A stretch of 29,507 nt of DNA from Myxococcota bacterium (GTDB lineage Bacteria > Myxococcota_A > UBA796 > GCA-2862545): assembly GCA_039208735.1 (NCBI GenBank), contig JBCCQY010000111.1, positions 1-29,507 on the forward strand. Direction: 5' to 3'. Below the pieces are notes generated by a model. It was not told the origin of the DNA. It did not search any database and saw only the letters and a list, made by a program, of their open reading frames with translations. Below are positions 8,504-17,444 of this stretch, one piece after another; the stretch's first letter is position 1, and each line of letters opens with the position of its first letter. The position numbers were made by a program, and so were the translations under genes.

Positions 8504-8797
8504 ATGAATGCGCATGAGGGGCTATTGGCTGATTTCGGAGAGGCCCTTCGCGGCGCGAGGCCGTCACATGTGTCCCAGGCCGAAATCGCGAAAGTGCTTG
8601 GTGTGGGTCGAACATCGGTCACTGGATGGGAGGGGGGGCGATTTCTTCCCACCCTCCCTCATCTTTACAAGGCCGCTCTGTACCTAGACCTACAAGATGA
8701 AATCCTCGAAGACTTGGTCTCAAAGTGGACCCGCGCCAAGATCGCACAGGCTGTTGGTGGCACTCTGGTTCAGATTCGCCGCGAAGTGCAGTCATGA
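8504..8797 (+). CDS. XRE-family HTH regulator (Cro-like)
   Basis: AGGAGG RBS and ATG 8504; FGEALRGAR...SQAEIAKVLGVGRTSVTGWEGGRFLP. Confidence 0.9.
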   Translation: MNAHEGLLADFGEALRGARPSHVSQAEIAKVLGVGRTSVTGWEGGRFLPTLPHLYKAALYLDLQDEILEDLVSKWTRAKIAQAVGGTLVQIRREVQS

Positions 8798-8856
8798 CCG
8801 GCGCTCTGCTGGGCGTTTGTCACGCTCTGAAGTCAGATGGCTGTCAGCCGAGTTGT

Positions 8857-9462
8857 CTACTTGTCGCACCCCGCTGTAAGCGCGATCACCCGAACATCGC
8901 TGCGCCCAGTCCCGGAATCCAGCATCGACAACAAGATGCGGAGCCGTTTGCGCGAGTCATGAAGGTAGAGCTGTGCTTCGGTGAGCTGTCCCGGCGATGC
9001 AGGGTCGCCCATGATCTTTGGCAGGTCCTTTGGATCAACAACACGGCGACTTGGCATCAGTCGGATGGGTTCCGTCTGGAGTTCGAATCCCCTCGCATCA
9101 AGCCAAGCACGAAACGCCGCGAGCAAAACAGTGTCACCCACATCGGGTGGCGCGTCCTTGTGGAACTCGATTCCAAAGGTTCGTCCTTTGCCATCAAGCT
9201 CGACGGTGTATTCGCCGAGCAATCCTGCGTATGTGCCAAACCGCTTGCAGGTCCGTTGTGCGCAATCCCATACGCCATGGTCCACTGGCTTGCAGATCTG
9301 AACATCTCCGAGTTCATCTACAAGCGGGAGCGTCACATTGGGCAGCGGCTCTCTAGGGGGCTCTGCAAGGTCCTTCGCAGGATCGTTGTCGGCAGGCCAC
9401 GGTTCCATCAGGTCTGGAACGTCTTGGGCACCAGCAACCAGGACAGCAAAGAGACTAAGCAT
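8857..9462 (-). CDS. Putative exported protein (moron)
   Basis: Short hydrophobic N-terminus MLSLFAVLVAGAQ; Pro-rich linker; several Cys. Confidence 0.65.
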   Translation of the reverse strand: MLSLFAVLVAGAQDVPDLMEPWPADNDPAKDLAEPPREPLPNVTLPLVDELGDVQICKPVDHGVWDCAQRTCKRFGTYAGLLGEYTVELDGKGRTFGIEFHKDAPPDVGDTVLLAAFRAWLDARGFELQTEPIRLMPSRRVVDPKDLPKIMGDPASPGQLTEAQLYLHDSRKRLRILLSMLDSGTGRSDVRVIALTAGCDK

Positions 9463-9465
9463 CCT

Positions 9466-10008
9466 CTACTCCGACACCAGCGATACGAGCACACGACCAC
9501 TCTTCCAAACACCTGCCGGCACCACGAGGTCCAAGCCCGGGGCCCACGCGTCATCTGGGATGAGGAAGACGGCCGCGGAGTTCTGCCAGATGCCTGGCGG
9601 ATGTTCGGACGACAAAGTGTCAGGGCCTCCGCTCATCATCACCGCCGTGCTGCCCTCCGAGCTGGTGTCGAACTCGCGCCCCGACGGGTCGATGAGTTTC
9701 AGCTGGGACCCGAAGCTCACCTCCGACTTCTTGCCATCGTTGCGCAATCGGTACTCGACTACGACCCACGTCGCGCCAGTAGGAGCCGTCTTCCGTGCAA
9801 ATTGGTTGGTTCCGACAACACGACTCTTAGAAGCCTTGTCAATCTGGTAGCTGTAGTCACCGAGCGAAAAAGGCTCGCCCAGGTTGGCCCTTTGGTCCTT
9901 GGTGGCGCTCGTTGCACTTCCGCCGGACTGGCTCGGCGGAGCACCGGCGCAGGCCAGCGAGATGCCGACGGCGAGCACCAAGACCGCCAGGAGCTTGGGT
10001 ATACCCAT
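9466..10008 (-). CDS. DUF4352-like lipoprotein (moron)
   Basis: Signal peptide with lipobox ISLAC, Ser/Gly linker, and VVVEYRLRNDGKKS...LKLIDPSGREFD...VFLIP pattern. Confidence 0.75.
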   Translation of the reverse strand: MGIPKLLAVLVLAVGISLACAGAPPSQSGGSATSATKDQRANLGEPFSLGDYSYQIDKASKSRVVGTNQFARKTAPTGATWVVVEYRLRNDGKKSEVSFGSQLKLIDPSGREFDTSSEGSTAVMMSGGPDTLSSEHPPGIWQNSAAVFLIPDDAWAPGLDLVVPAGVWKSGRVLVSLVSE

Positions 10009-10044
10009 CAAACCTCCAATCCTGGAGGGGTACCACGGCGATCG

Positions 10045-10072
10045 CTTGCAAGAACCTGCAAGGCCTTTGGTC
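10045..10072 (-). promoter_or_regulatory. 28-bp upstream motif with tandem CTTGCA (copy 2)
   Basis: Minus strand GACCAAAGGCCTTGCAGGTTCTTGCAAG, about 37 bp before the lipoprotein start. Confidence 0.5.
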
Positions 10073-10101
10073 TTGTGAACTACGGTTTGCTGCTTGCGCC
10101 T

Positions 10102-10458
10102 TCAGCTCTTTCGGCGGGCCACAATCTCAAAGGCCCACTTCCGGTTCTTTTCGTTTACAGCTTGCGCGGTCAGGAACGCCGACAAGATGGTTGTCCACCA
10201 GAACACGGGAGCAATGCACAGGCTCAGCCCCATCGTCATGACCGACAGCACGACGAAAACCGAAATGCTGATCCAGTGGAGCACCATCATGCCAAAGCCC
10301 AGAGCAGGCTTACCGGCAGCAACGAGGCCCATCCCGGTGACGCCAAAGATGCCAACGATGAGGTCAAGCGCCACCAGACCACCCACCTCTTTTCGGTGGG
10401 CCATGTAGAGCGCAAGCTCCTGTTGACTGAAATCGCTCGTGATTTGCTCAATGCTCAT
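10102..10458 (-). CDS. TM2-domain-like small membrane protein (moron)
   Basis: RKEVGGLVALDLIVGIFGVTGMGLVAAGKPALGFGMM followed by further hydrophobic segments. Confidence 0.7.
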   Translation of the reverse strand: MSIEQITSDFSQQELALYMAHRKEVGGLVALDLIVGIFGVTGMGLVAAGKPALGFGMMVLHWISISVFVVLSVMTMGLSLCIAPVFWWTTILSAFLTAQAVNEKNRKWAFEIVARRKS

Positions 10459-10558
10459 CCACGTCTCCAAGCCTCTAGGGTACCCAGGCGATCATCTTTC
10501 ACGGCCTTGCAGTTTGTGAACCCCCAAACCACGGCCGCTCGGACCGCAGGAGCCCACC

Positions 10559-10888
10559 ATGGAAGAGGAACCAGATTTGGAACTGATGCGCCTCGAGGAG
10601 GCAGAAGAAGCAGCCCACGCCGAGGCCAAAGAGCGCTGCGTGAAGCTATTCGCGGCTCTGCTGAACGAGCAGCATTCGTGGATGCTCACGCACGCCGCGT
10701 TCGAGTGGATGAGCAACTTCCTGCTTCCGATGAACGACGGGCGTGCTGTGGCTGTCCGATGTCGGCCCGACCTACCCGATCTGCTGGATTTGCACAGCCA
10801 CGCAACGCAAGGGCTGGCCGAACATCTTCGATGCAGCCAGCGAACCTCGATGCGACGCGACGAGCTGTGGAAGACCGAGCTCGACTAG
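10559..10888 (+). CDS. Hypothetical protein
   Basis: AGGAG RBS; 109 aa, helical. Confidence 0.55.
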   Translation: MEEEPDLELMRLEEAEEAAHAEAKERCVKLFAALLNEQHSWMLTHAAFEWMSNFLLPMNDGRAVAVRCRPDLPDLLDLHSHATQGLAEHLRCSQRTSMRRDELWKTELD

Positions 10889-11220
10889 TCCCGCCTCCAC
10901 AGGATGTTTCCGGACAGAACTGCGTGAGTACCAAGTTCCGTCGGTATCTCGGCAGCCAATTCCTTCGCCTGCGCAACCACGTGTTCAAAGGCCATGCGTG
11001 GCTTCTGAAGCAGTGCGGCGCGAAGCATGGCCCAGAAAGGATGCTGCGGCGATTTCAATTGCGTCCAGGCAGCGAAGTCGTTTCCAGTCCTGTCGACGAA
11101 CGGAATGACCACGGCGAGGGCTTCGTCGATGGTCGATGCTCGCTCCGTCAGCAGCAATACGTCCACGACGGGCCAGACCAGATGGCCTGGGTAGCCATCG
11201 CTCTTGAAGTTGGGTTTCAT
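10885..11220 (-). CDS. Hypothetical protein
   Basis: GGAGAG RBS and ATG 11220; globular composition; convergent with 10559..10888. Confidence 0.55.
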   Translation of the reverse strand: MKPNFKSDGYPGHLVWPVVDVLLLTERASTIDEALAVVIPFVDRTGNDFAAWTQLKSPQHPFWAMLRAALLQKPRMAFEHVVAQAKELAAEIPTELGTHAVLSGNILWRRD

Positions 11221-11360
11221 CCCGCTCTCCGTCACCGCCGGTTTCAGCCTGAACACGGACTCCCGGCAGGCGGCGGAGGGCCGGGATGCCTTCCGGTAAG
11301 CCGCTTGTACGGCGCTTTACCCCCAGCGATCGACCGACGTGTGCACCGCGAGGTGGTGTT

Positions 11361-11573
11361 GTGAACCGCCAGCTGACCGTGATGGGTTCCCGTCCTCGCC
11401 CCCTCGACGCATACGCGTGCCGCCTGCATGCGGACACCGCCGAGCTGCGGGCGGACGAAATCATCATCCGCAGCGACGGCGACCTCGTGACGCGCCGGCG
11501 GCTCCGCGACGAAGCCCGGGCGTGGCGTCGAGAAGCCGAGCGCTTTGAACACAAAGCCCGGAGGATGTCTTGA
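11361..11573 (+). CDS. Phage hypothetical protein
   Basis: GAGGTGG RBS before GTG 11361; resumes the rightward operon. Confidence 0.55.
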   Translation: MNRQLTVMGSRPRPLDAYACRLHADTAELRADEIIIRSDGDLVTRRRLRDEARAWRREAERFEHKARRMS

Positions 11574-11710
11574 CGAACACCCTGGAGGATGAAGGCACGG
11601 CCCAGAAGGCCTTCAAGGCGGCACGCCGGGTTCAGCAAGCGGTGGCGGACCTGCACGTCTTGGCCGACGACCTTGAGCGAACCCAAGAAGCCGCGAAAAC
11701 GCGGTCCTAA
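11570..11710 (+). CDS. Small phage hypothetical protein (46 aa, not in ORF track)
   Basis: GGAGG RBS with TTGA coupling; MTNTLEDEGTAQKAFKAARRVQQAVADLHVLADDLERTQEAAKTRS*. Confidence 0.5.
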   Translation: MTNTLEDEGTAQKAFKAARRVQQAVADLHVLADDLERTQEAAKTRS

Positions 11711-11719
11711 CAACGAAAC

Positions 11720-11747
11720 GGCCACCGGTGTTGCACCACCGGTGGCC
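11720..11747. promoter_or_regulatory. 11-bp stem-loop GGCCACCGGTG-TTGCAC-CACCGGTGGCC (terminator or attenuator-like)
   Basis: Perfect inverted repeat with an A-rich 5' flank, directly before the next gene's GGAGG RBS. Confidence 0.55.
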
Positions 11748-11757
11748 TGGAGGCTTC

Positions 11758-12108
11758 ATGCCTAAACTAGACGAAAAGGCACTATCCACCCAACCACCGG
11801 GCTACCACCCTACCGGTCAGGTTTTGACCCCCTGGCCACGCTTTTACCACGACCGCCTCATGACCGTCGTGCGTGCCGACCACGACGGACGGTTGCCGAT
11901 GTGGGCCATTGCATGGGACGCGGCGTTCCTGCGTGGCGCCCGGGTCCTGAAGGCCGTCCGGCCCGCTGACGCCATGCAGTTCCTCGCGGATCGGTGGGGC
12001 GTCGACCTCGACGAAGCGCCCACGTTGCTCGGCCGTGCGCTGGGCGGAGCCATCAACTGGGAGGCCGAGTTTGCTTCGTCCTCCCTCGATGTGGGAGGTG
12101 CGCGATGA
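11758..12108 (+). CDS. Phage hypothetical protein
   Basis: GGAGG RBS, ATG 11758, coupled to next gene. Confidence 0.65.
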   Translation: MPKLDEKALSTQPPGYHPTGQVLTPWPRFYHDRLMTVVRADHDGRLPMWAIAWDAAFLRGARVLKAVRPADAMQFLADRWGVDLDEAPTLLGRALGGAINWEAEFASSSLDVGGAR

Positions 12109-12437
12109 AGGACGCGACAAGGCTCGTGCGCTTTTGGAATCAGGTCCTGTGCGCACTGGTCGTTCCGGCCCCGATGCACTGCTGGCCACACGCCACCGTG
12201 ATGCAATCCGTGCGACGCAATGTGGATGAGCATGGTCTCGCCACCGTGATGCTCGTGTTCACGTGGTTCGCCACCTGTGACCACGCCTTGCCGACCCATT
12301 TGCGGAGCAAGCGGCCCACGTTGGCCGCGATGATGGAACCCCTCAAGTTCGATCGGTACGCCGACCTGGCCCACGAGTGGCACGAAGGTCGGCGGTTCGA
12401 TCACAACAACCCCTTTGCGATTGGAGGTGCCGCGTGA
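12105..12437 (+). CDS. Phage hypothetical protein (replication-module associated)
   Basis: GGAGGTG RBS with ATGA coupling; 110 aa. Confidence 0.7.
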   Translation: MKDATRLVRFWNQVLCALVVPAPMHCWPHATVMQSVRRNVDEHGLATVMLVFTWFATCDHALPTHLRSKRPTLAAMMEPLKFDRYADLAHEWHEGRRFDHNNPFAIGGAA

Positions 12438-14026
12438 GCGATGCCACCGAGCCTCAAGGCTTTCGCGCGTTGACGGCGATCATCGCCATGCGGAGATCCG
12501 ACCTCACCCCAGCCCAACACCTCCTACTCGTGCACATGAGTGTTCGAGCTAGCCGCGAAGACGGCGATTGCTGGGCGGCCGTCGCGACACTGGGTGGGGA
12601 CACCAACCTAAGCCCCCGAACCGTACAGCGTGCTTTGCGCCAACTGGTGGCGATGGGTGTGCTGGTGGTTGTGCGCGCTTCCACCAATCGGCTCGCCACG
12701 CGGTACCGCATCTACCCGGGACGAATCCCGAGGCGGAAGGACACCACCAAGCCCGCCTCGGAGTTGGGGCGTCACGTTGTCACCCCAAAGGATGAAGTAG
12801 AAGGGGAAGGCCTAGAATCCCAGGGGCGTCAGAATGACACCCCTACGTCCGCCCAGGGGCGTCACGTTGTCACCCCAACCTCCATCCAGGGGCGTCACCG
12901 TGTCACCCCAAAGGATGAAGCGGAGGGGGAACGTTCGGAATCCCAGGGGCGTCACGATGACACCCCAACGTCCATCCAGGGGCGTCAGCATGACACCCCA
13001 ACGTCTAGGGGCGTCACGGTGTCACCCCAGGGGCGTCACGTTGTCACCCCTAGGGGTGTCACAGTGTCACCCGATCCTTCCATAGATCCAAACCAGAAGG
13101 ATCCTAACCAGAGAGAACAAGGGAGAGTGTCCGCTGGCGCGGCCACGGCTTCTGGTGTCGAACTCGAATCGGTGAGCGCAGATGGCACCATGGCGGAGTC
13201 CGCCGACGAGGCCAACCGGGAACGCACCGGCGAAATCACGGGCAAGCTGGCTGCAGAGGCCGCACGGAAGGCCGCAGGACCCCCGCCGCCTCGGGTGACC
13301 ATCCGCTCCGACCAGCTGGTGCCTGCCACGACGCGGGCCGACCTCGAGAACTTGCGCAAGCGACGACGAACGCCGCCCACCAAAGGCCAACAGGTCGCGC
13401 TGATGGGCCTGCTGGATGCGGATGCACACGGTGACGACATCACCACGGAGGTGACCTCGGCCCACGGGCACCGGGTGACGCCTTCGCCCGAAGCACCACC
13501 CGACGCTTCGCCCTCTCCAGCCCAGGAAGCCAAACGCCAAGCGTGGCGCAGTGCGGCGACGTACTGGTCCGAGACCGTCAATCGATCGATGGGCAAGCGC
13601 CCAGGTCGCATCGTCGATCGGCAAAGCAAAGTCGGAAAGCGACTCTGGCGAGAGCTGGGCAAGGGCCTTCAAGGGCAGCCGGGGGCCGCGAAGGTGATGG
13701 CCGCGTTTCGCTTCGTCGCCGAAAGCGAGCACACTCGGGCCCAGTTCGTTCGTCAGCAGCGCTACACGATGGAAACGGCTCTGCGCCACGTCGAGGACTA
13801 CGCGCAGCTGTGGTGGGACGATCACCCGCCTGACGATGTGCCTCCGCCCGACGGTGGGGACAGCGACCGCGCGAAGCGATGGCTGGCTCGAGGGGTCCCT
13901 CGAAACCTGCTGCACTTGCCGGACCACCGCCTCGAGGCCTTGCTGCAGGAAAGCGAACGCCAGAAGGCCGCACGCCAATACCGCGGAGGTCGCAAGCGTC
14001 TGCCTCCTGGCCCGGGGGTGCGCTGA
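12434..14026 (+). CDS. Phage replication initiator with N-terminal HTH_36-like winged helix
   Basis: LTPAQHLLLVHM...GDCWAAVATLGGDTNLSPRTVQRALRQLVAMGVL; internal iteron array; directly upstream of a helicase (lambda O-like arrangement). Confidence 0.85.
   Translation: MSDATEPQGFRALTAIIAMRRSDLTPAQHLLLVHMSVRASREDGDCWAAVATLGGDTNLSPRTVQRALRQLVAMGVLVVVRASTNRLATRYRIYPGRIPRRKDTTKPASELGRHVVTPKDEVEGEGLESQGRQNDTPTSAQGRHVVTPTSIQGRHRVTPKDEAEGERSESQGRHDDTPTSIQGRQHDTPTSRGVTVSPQGRHVVTPRGVTVSPDPSIDPNQKDPNQREQGRVSAGAATASGVELESVSADGTMAESADEANRERTGEITGKLAAEAARKAAGPPPPRVTIRSDQLVPATTRADLENLRKRRRTPPTKGQQVALMGLLDADAHGDDITTEVTSAHGHRVTPSPEAPPDASPSPAQEAKRQAWRSAATYWSETVNRSMGKRPGRIVDRQSKVGKRLWRELGKGLQGQPGAAKVMAAFRFVAESEHTRAQFVRQQRYTMETALRHVEDYAQLWWDDHPPDDVPPPDGGDSDRAKRWLARGVPRNLLHLPDHRLEALLQESERQKAARQYRGGRKRLPPGPGVR
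12766..13073. repeat. Nine 21-bp palindromic iterons (putative phage replication origin)
   Basis: GGGG(C/T)GTCA-N3-TG(T/A)CACCCC starting at 12766, 12823, 12856, 12889, 12946, 12979, 13008, 13030 and 13053, followed by an A-rich tract to about 13125. Confidence 0.85.
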
Positions 14027-15411
14027 TGCAACCATCACCCAACGTGCCGCTGGACGAGCTTCTGCCGGGCGAGCGGGACCTGTTCTTTCCCGAGATCGAA
14101 GACGCGGGCGTCGTCCAAGCGCTTCTTTGGTGCCTGCTCGACGACCTCGCCAACGTTCGGCATCGCGTGGCCGGTCGGGTCGATGAGCAAGACGTCGCGG
14201 TCAAGAGTGGCGTGCATGCCGATGCGTTTGCCCTGTTGATGGACCTCGAAACGATCGACGCCATGGACGCGTTGATGCGGGCGTTCCACTCGGGCAACCG
14301 CGAGCTGTTTGCCTTTCTCAGCACGCTTCACGATCGCCCCTGGCCCTGCGGCAAGCCCCGCTCGATGTTCGCCGAGCGCTACGCCGACTGGGTTCGGTAC
14401 GTCGCGGTTCGAAAGCGACTGCGGCTCGTGGGGGAGGCCGAGGCTCGCGCGCTCACCGGTCAAGAGGCTCGGATGCCGGATGGCACCGTGATTCGGGCGG
14501 GCACGGCCATGGCCGAAGTGGTGGCGTTGTGCGCCCAGGTGCGTCGGGATCTGCAGAAGGCCTCGGCCAACGACTTGTGGACCACGCTGGATGTGGCGAC
14601 GAACCAAGCGGTAGCGCGCATGGAGCGCAAGCAGAAGGGGGAGCTGGTCGCGCTTGAGACGCCCATTCGAGGGCTGACCCGGCGACTGGCCGGAGGCTTT
14701 GCCGCCCCGAGGCTGTACACCATTGCCGGTCGTCCCGGAACCGGGAAAACCGCGCTGTTGCTGAACCTGGTCCTGCACTGGTCAGCCGTGCTGAAGCGCC
14801 CAGGCGCCATCGTCTCGCTCGAGATGCTGGGCCATGAGCTTGGGCAGCGCAGCCTGATGAACTTCTCGGGGGTTTCCGGCACAGCGATCGAGACCGGTGA
14901 CCTGTCGCCCGAGGATGCGCAGGACCTTGCGTGGGCTCAAGAGCAGATCCAGCACTTCGGTCGACTTGTGCACATCTGCGATGTCGACACGCTTTCGGCC
15001 CCCGAGATTGAGGCCGCCGTTCGACCGCTGCACACCCGGGGTCAGCTCGAATGGCTGGCCATCGACTACCTGCAGCTCATGCGGTCGGCCAAAGAGGGCC
15101 AAGATCGAACGGAAAGCGTAGGCGACAACTCCACTTACCTGAAGCAGATGGCCAAGCGGCTGCAGATCCCGATCCTCATGCTGGCCCAGATGAACCGGGA
15201 TGTGGAGAAGCGTTCGAGCGGGGAGCCGAAGATGAGCGATCTTCGGGACTCTGGGCAGATCGAGCAAGACAGCGACGTCATCATCTTCACCGGCGACGGC
15301 ATGCTTCATCTGCCCAAGAACCGGCAGGGTGAAGAGGGAAAGGTCGCGGTGAACTTCATCAAGTCCACGATGCGGTTCGAAGACTCGGACCCCGACCACA
15401 TCCTCCTTTGA
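14026..15411 (+). CDS. dnaB: DnaB-like replicative helicase (phage)
   Basis: IAGRPGTGKT (Walker A), SLEM, IDYLQLM, LAQMNR, SDLRDSGQIEQDSD, KNRQG; TGATG coupling to the initiator. Confidence 0.95.
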   Translation: MQPSPNVPLDELLPGERDLFFPEIEDAGVVQALLWCLLDDLANVRHRVAGRVDEQDVAVKSGVHADAFALLMDLETIDAMDALMRAFHSGNRELFAFLSTLHDRPWPCGKPRSMFAERYADWVRYVAVRKRLRLVGEAEARALTGQEARMPDGTVIRAGTAMAEVVALCAQVRRDLQKASANDLWTTLDVATNQAVARMERKQKGELVALETPIRGLTRRLAGGFAAPRLYTIAGRPGTGKTALLLNLVLHWSAVLKRPGAIVSLEMLGHELGQRSLMNFSGVSGTAIETGDLSPEDAQDLAWAQEQIQHFGRLVHICDVDTLSAPEIEAAVRPLHTRGQLEWLAIDYLQLMRSAKEGQDRTESVGDNSTYLKQMAKRLQIPILMLAQMNRDVEKRSSGEPKMSDLRDSGQIEQDSDVIIFTGDGMLHLPKNRQGEEGKVAVNFIKSTMRFEDSDPDHILL

Positions 15412-15412
15412 C

Positions 15413-15440
15413 CTTGAACCCCCGCGCCCCGGGGTTCAGG
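15413..15440. promoter_or_regulatory. Stem-loop between helicase and antirepressor
   Basis: CTTGAACCCC...GGGGTTCAGG inverted repeat; no U-tract. Confidence 0.4.
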
Positions 15441-15453
15441 GGCCAGGAAACCC

Positions 15454-16332
15454 ATGCTCAAGCACATGAACTTTGAATTCAACGGTCGAGCGGTCGAGCT
15501 GCTGGAGGTCAACGGTGAGCCGATGATCGATGCAAGCCATCTGTCGGAAGTCCTCGGCTACTCGACACGAGGCAAATTGTCCGACCTGATTCGGAACCGA
15601 TGGTCTGACGAGTTCGAGGAAGGACCCGACTATCGATTGGTCCTACACAATGGCCGTACACCCGATGGGTGTACGAAGGGAAAGACCAGGATGCGCCTAC
15701 TCCTTACCGAGCTGGGCTGGAACCTGGTGCTGGTCAAGACCACGAAGCCGCTGGGCAAAGCTCTACGCCGCTTCTTGGCGGGCGAGGTCATGCCGCAAAT
15801 TGCCCGGTCTGGCCAGTACGTGCCCGGCGCTTCCACCGATGAGGACCCGCAGCTGGCTCGCCTCCATCGGCTCGAGGAGCGCCAGGCCCGCAGCGACGAG
15901 CGCCAGGACCGCATGGAGGGGGCGCTTGTCGAGGTTGGCGTGGCCATTCACAAGATGGCCGAGTCCATTCAGCGCATGGCCGACCGTCAGCCACCGGCCC
16001 CCGGACTGCCCGGACCCACCCGTTCGACGCCGCTGGTCGGCATCAACATCAGCCCACCGGTCATCCCCGAGGGTTTCACCGTCAAAGGGCTCTCGAACCT
16101 GGCTCGGACCGACGGGTGCACGGCGCCGAAGATGAAGGCCCGTCTGACCAAGACCGGTCTGTTCGCCGATGACCGGTGGACGTGGCAGGGTCTCGACCCG
16201 GTGGTGACCGGCTCGGGAACCGTTCGGCACGACAAGATCTACCGGTTCCGCCCCGGCATCCTGTCTGAGCTGTACCGACGCGAAGGGGGCGGTTCGACCG
16301 GCCCGTTGTTCCACCCGCAGGGCGGGCAGTGA
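15454..16332 (+). CDS. Bro-N domain phage antirepressor-like protein
   Basis: FEFNGRAVELLEVNGEPMIDASHLSEVLGYS...LLTELGWNLVLVKTTKPLGKALRRFLAGEVMPQIARSGQY. Confidence 0.85.
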   Translation: MLKHMNFEFNGRAVELLEVNGEPMIDASHLSEVLGYSTRGKLSDLIRNRWSDEFEEGPDYRLVLHNGRTPDGCTKGKTRMRLLLTELGWNLVLVKTTKPLGKALRRFLAGEVMPQIARSGQYVPGASTDEDPQLARLHRLEERQARSDERQDRMEGALVEVGVAIHKMAESIQRMADRQPPAPGLPGPTRSTPLVGINISPPVIPEGFTVKGLSNLARTDGCTAPKMKARLTKTGLFADDRWTWQGLDPVVTGSGTVRHDKIYRFRPGILSELYRREGGGSTGPLFHPQGGQ

Positions 16333-16395
16333 CCGCGAGAAGACACGGCGACCGTTGACCCGGACTGGCCCCGACCGCGGGGCTTGGAGAGCACG

Positions 16396-16650
16396 ATGAC
16401 CACGTTTCAGCTGATGCGAGCGGCGCTCTTCGGAAGGCCAAAGCGCCACCCGGCTCCCCGCGAACCCATCCACGACATCGCCAACGCCCCCGAGCCTGCC
16501 CCCGAGGTGGAGCCCGAGGACGCGCCGACGGAGCCACGGCTGGTGCTGATCGAAATCGGCAGCAAGGACGACGACATCGAAAACGCCGAGACCGTCCTGC
16601 ATGACCCGAACGACTGGCGACCGCCCGAGGGGAGCCTCGTCGAGCTGTGA
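16396..16650 (+). CDS. Phage hypothetical protein
   Basis: GGAGAG RBS; acidic; GTGA-coupled to next gene. Confidence 0.65.
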   Translation: MTTFQLMRAALFGRPKRHPAPREPIHDIANAPEPAPEVEPEDAPTEPRLVLIEIGSKDDDIENAETVLHDPNDWRPPEGSLVEL

Positions 16651-17444
16651 GCCATCGCCGAACCACCGATGCCATTGTGCCGCCCGACCTCGTCTACGAC
16701 GGGGATGAGGCGACCCAGCCCACCCCACGCACACTGTTGGACCTCGAGCTGAAGGCCGCCCAGAGCCGGTCGTTCCGCGACCAGCTCGTGACGCGCGGCA
16801 TCGTGCTGCGAGGACTTGCCCAAGTGCGCAAGCAAATCGTGGAACTCGAAGCCCGCTCGGGGGAGTCTGAGGACGACCTTCGGGACGCCGAACGGCTCGT
16901 GGCGCTCATGGGCCGCGAGGTTGAGCTGCTCGAGCGGGCGCACAACCTCGGCATCTTCGGCCCAGGGGCCTTCACCCGCGTCGCACCCGAGCCCGAACCT
17001 CGCGACCCGCATCTGGTGCACTCAACGGCGCCCTCGCCCGGCTTGCCGACCGAGGTGCGCCACCCCGACCCCACCCGCCACCTGCTCACGATGACCCCAT
17101 CCAACAGCGTTGCGTCCCCCGACGACCCGCCCTCGCACGGCAGCCGCACCTTCGACCTTCTCGGCAATGCCGGCGAAGGCGAGGGCGAGCACGAGCACGC
17201 GGCCAACGACGAGGGGGACGCCACGACGCCGCGGTGGGACGACGTGGACCACGTCCCCACCGACCTGGTGGGCCGCGAGGGCACCGCCAGTCGCCCGCCG
17301 GGGCTGCTGCCCGCTCGACGGAAGCGAGACCACGAGCCCTACCTCACCACGCTCGGCCGGCGGATGCTCCGGGCCGCCGATGCGCTGTTCGGAAAGGACA
17401 CGCCGGATTCGAAGCCGGACGCGAAGCCCTCGGAGAAGCCATGA
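16647..17444 (+). CDS. Phage hypothetical protein with coiled-coil
   Basis: 265 aa, coupled at both ends. Confidence 0.65.
   Translation: MSHRRTTDAIVPPDLVYDGDEATQPTPRTLLDLELKAAQSRSFRDQLVTRGIVLRGLAQVRKQIVELEARSGESEDDLRDAERLVALMGREVELLERAHNLGIFGPGAFTRVAPEPEPRDPHLVHSTAPSPGLPTEVRHPDPTRHLLTMTPSNSVASPDDPPSHGSRTFDLLGNAGEGEGEHEHAANDEGDATTPRWDDVDHVPTDLVGREGTASRPPGLLPARRKRDHEPYLTTLGRRMLRAADALFGKDTPDSKPDAKPSEKP

Noticed and set aside
8725..11364. 879-aa + strand ORF
   Set aside because: It is the in-register antisense frame of four minus-strand genes that share one phase. High-GC genes rarely use TTA/CTA/TCA, so that frame stays open. The translation is Arg/His-rich with no recognisable domain.
12766..13073. 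Iteron array as a CRISPR
   Set aside because: Irregular and partly duplicated spacers (1-36 bp), located inside a replication-initiator ORF.
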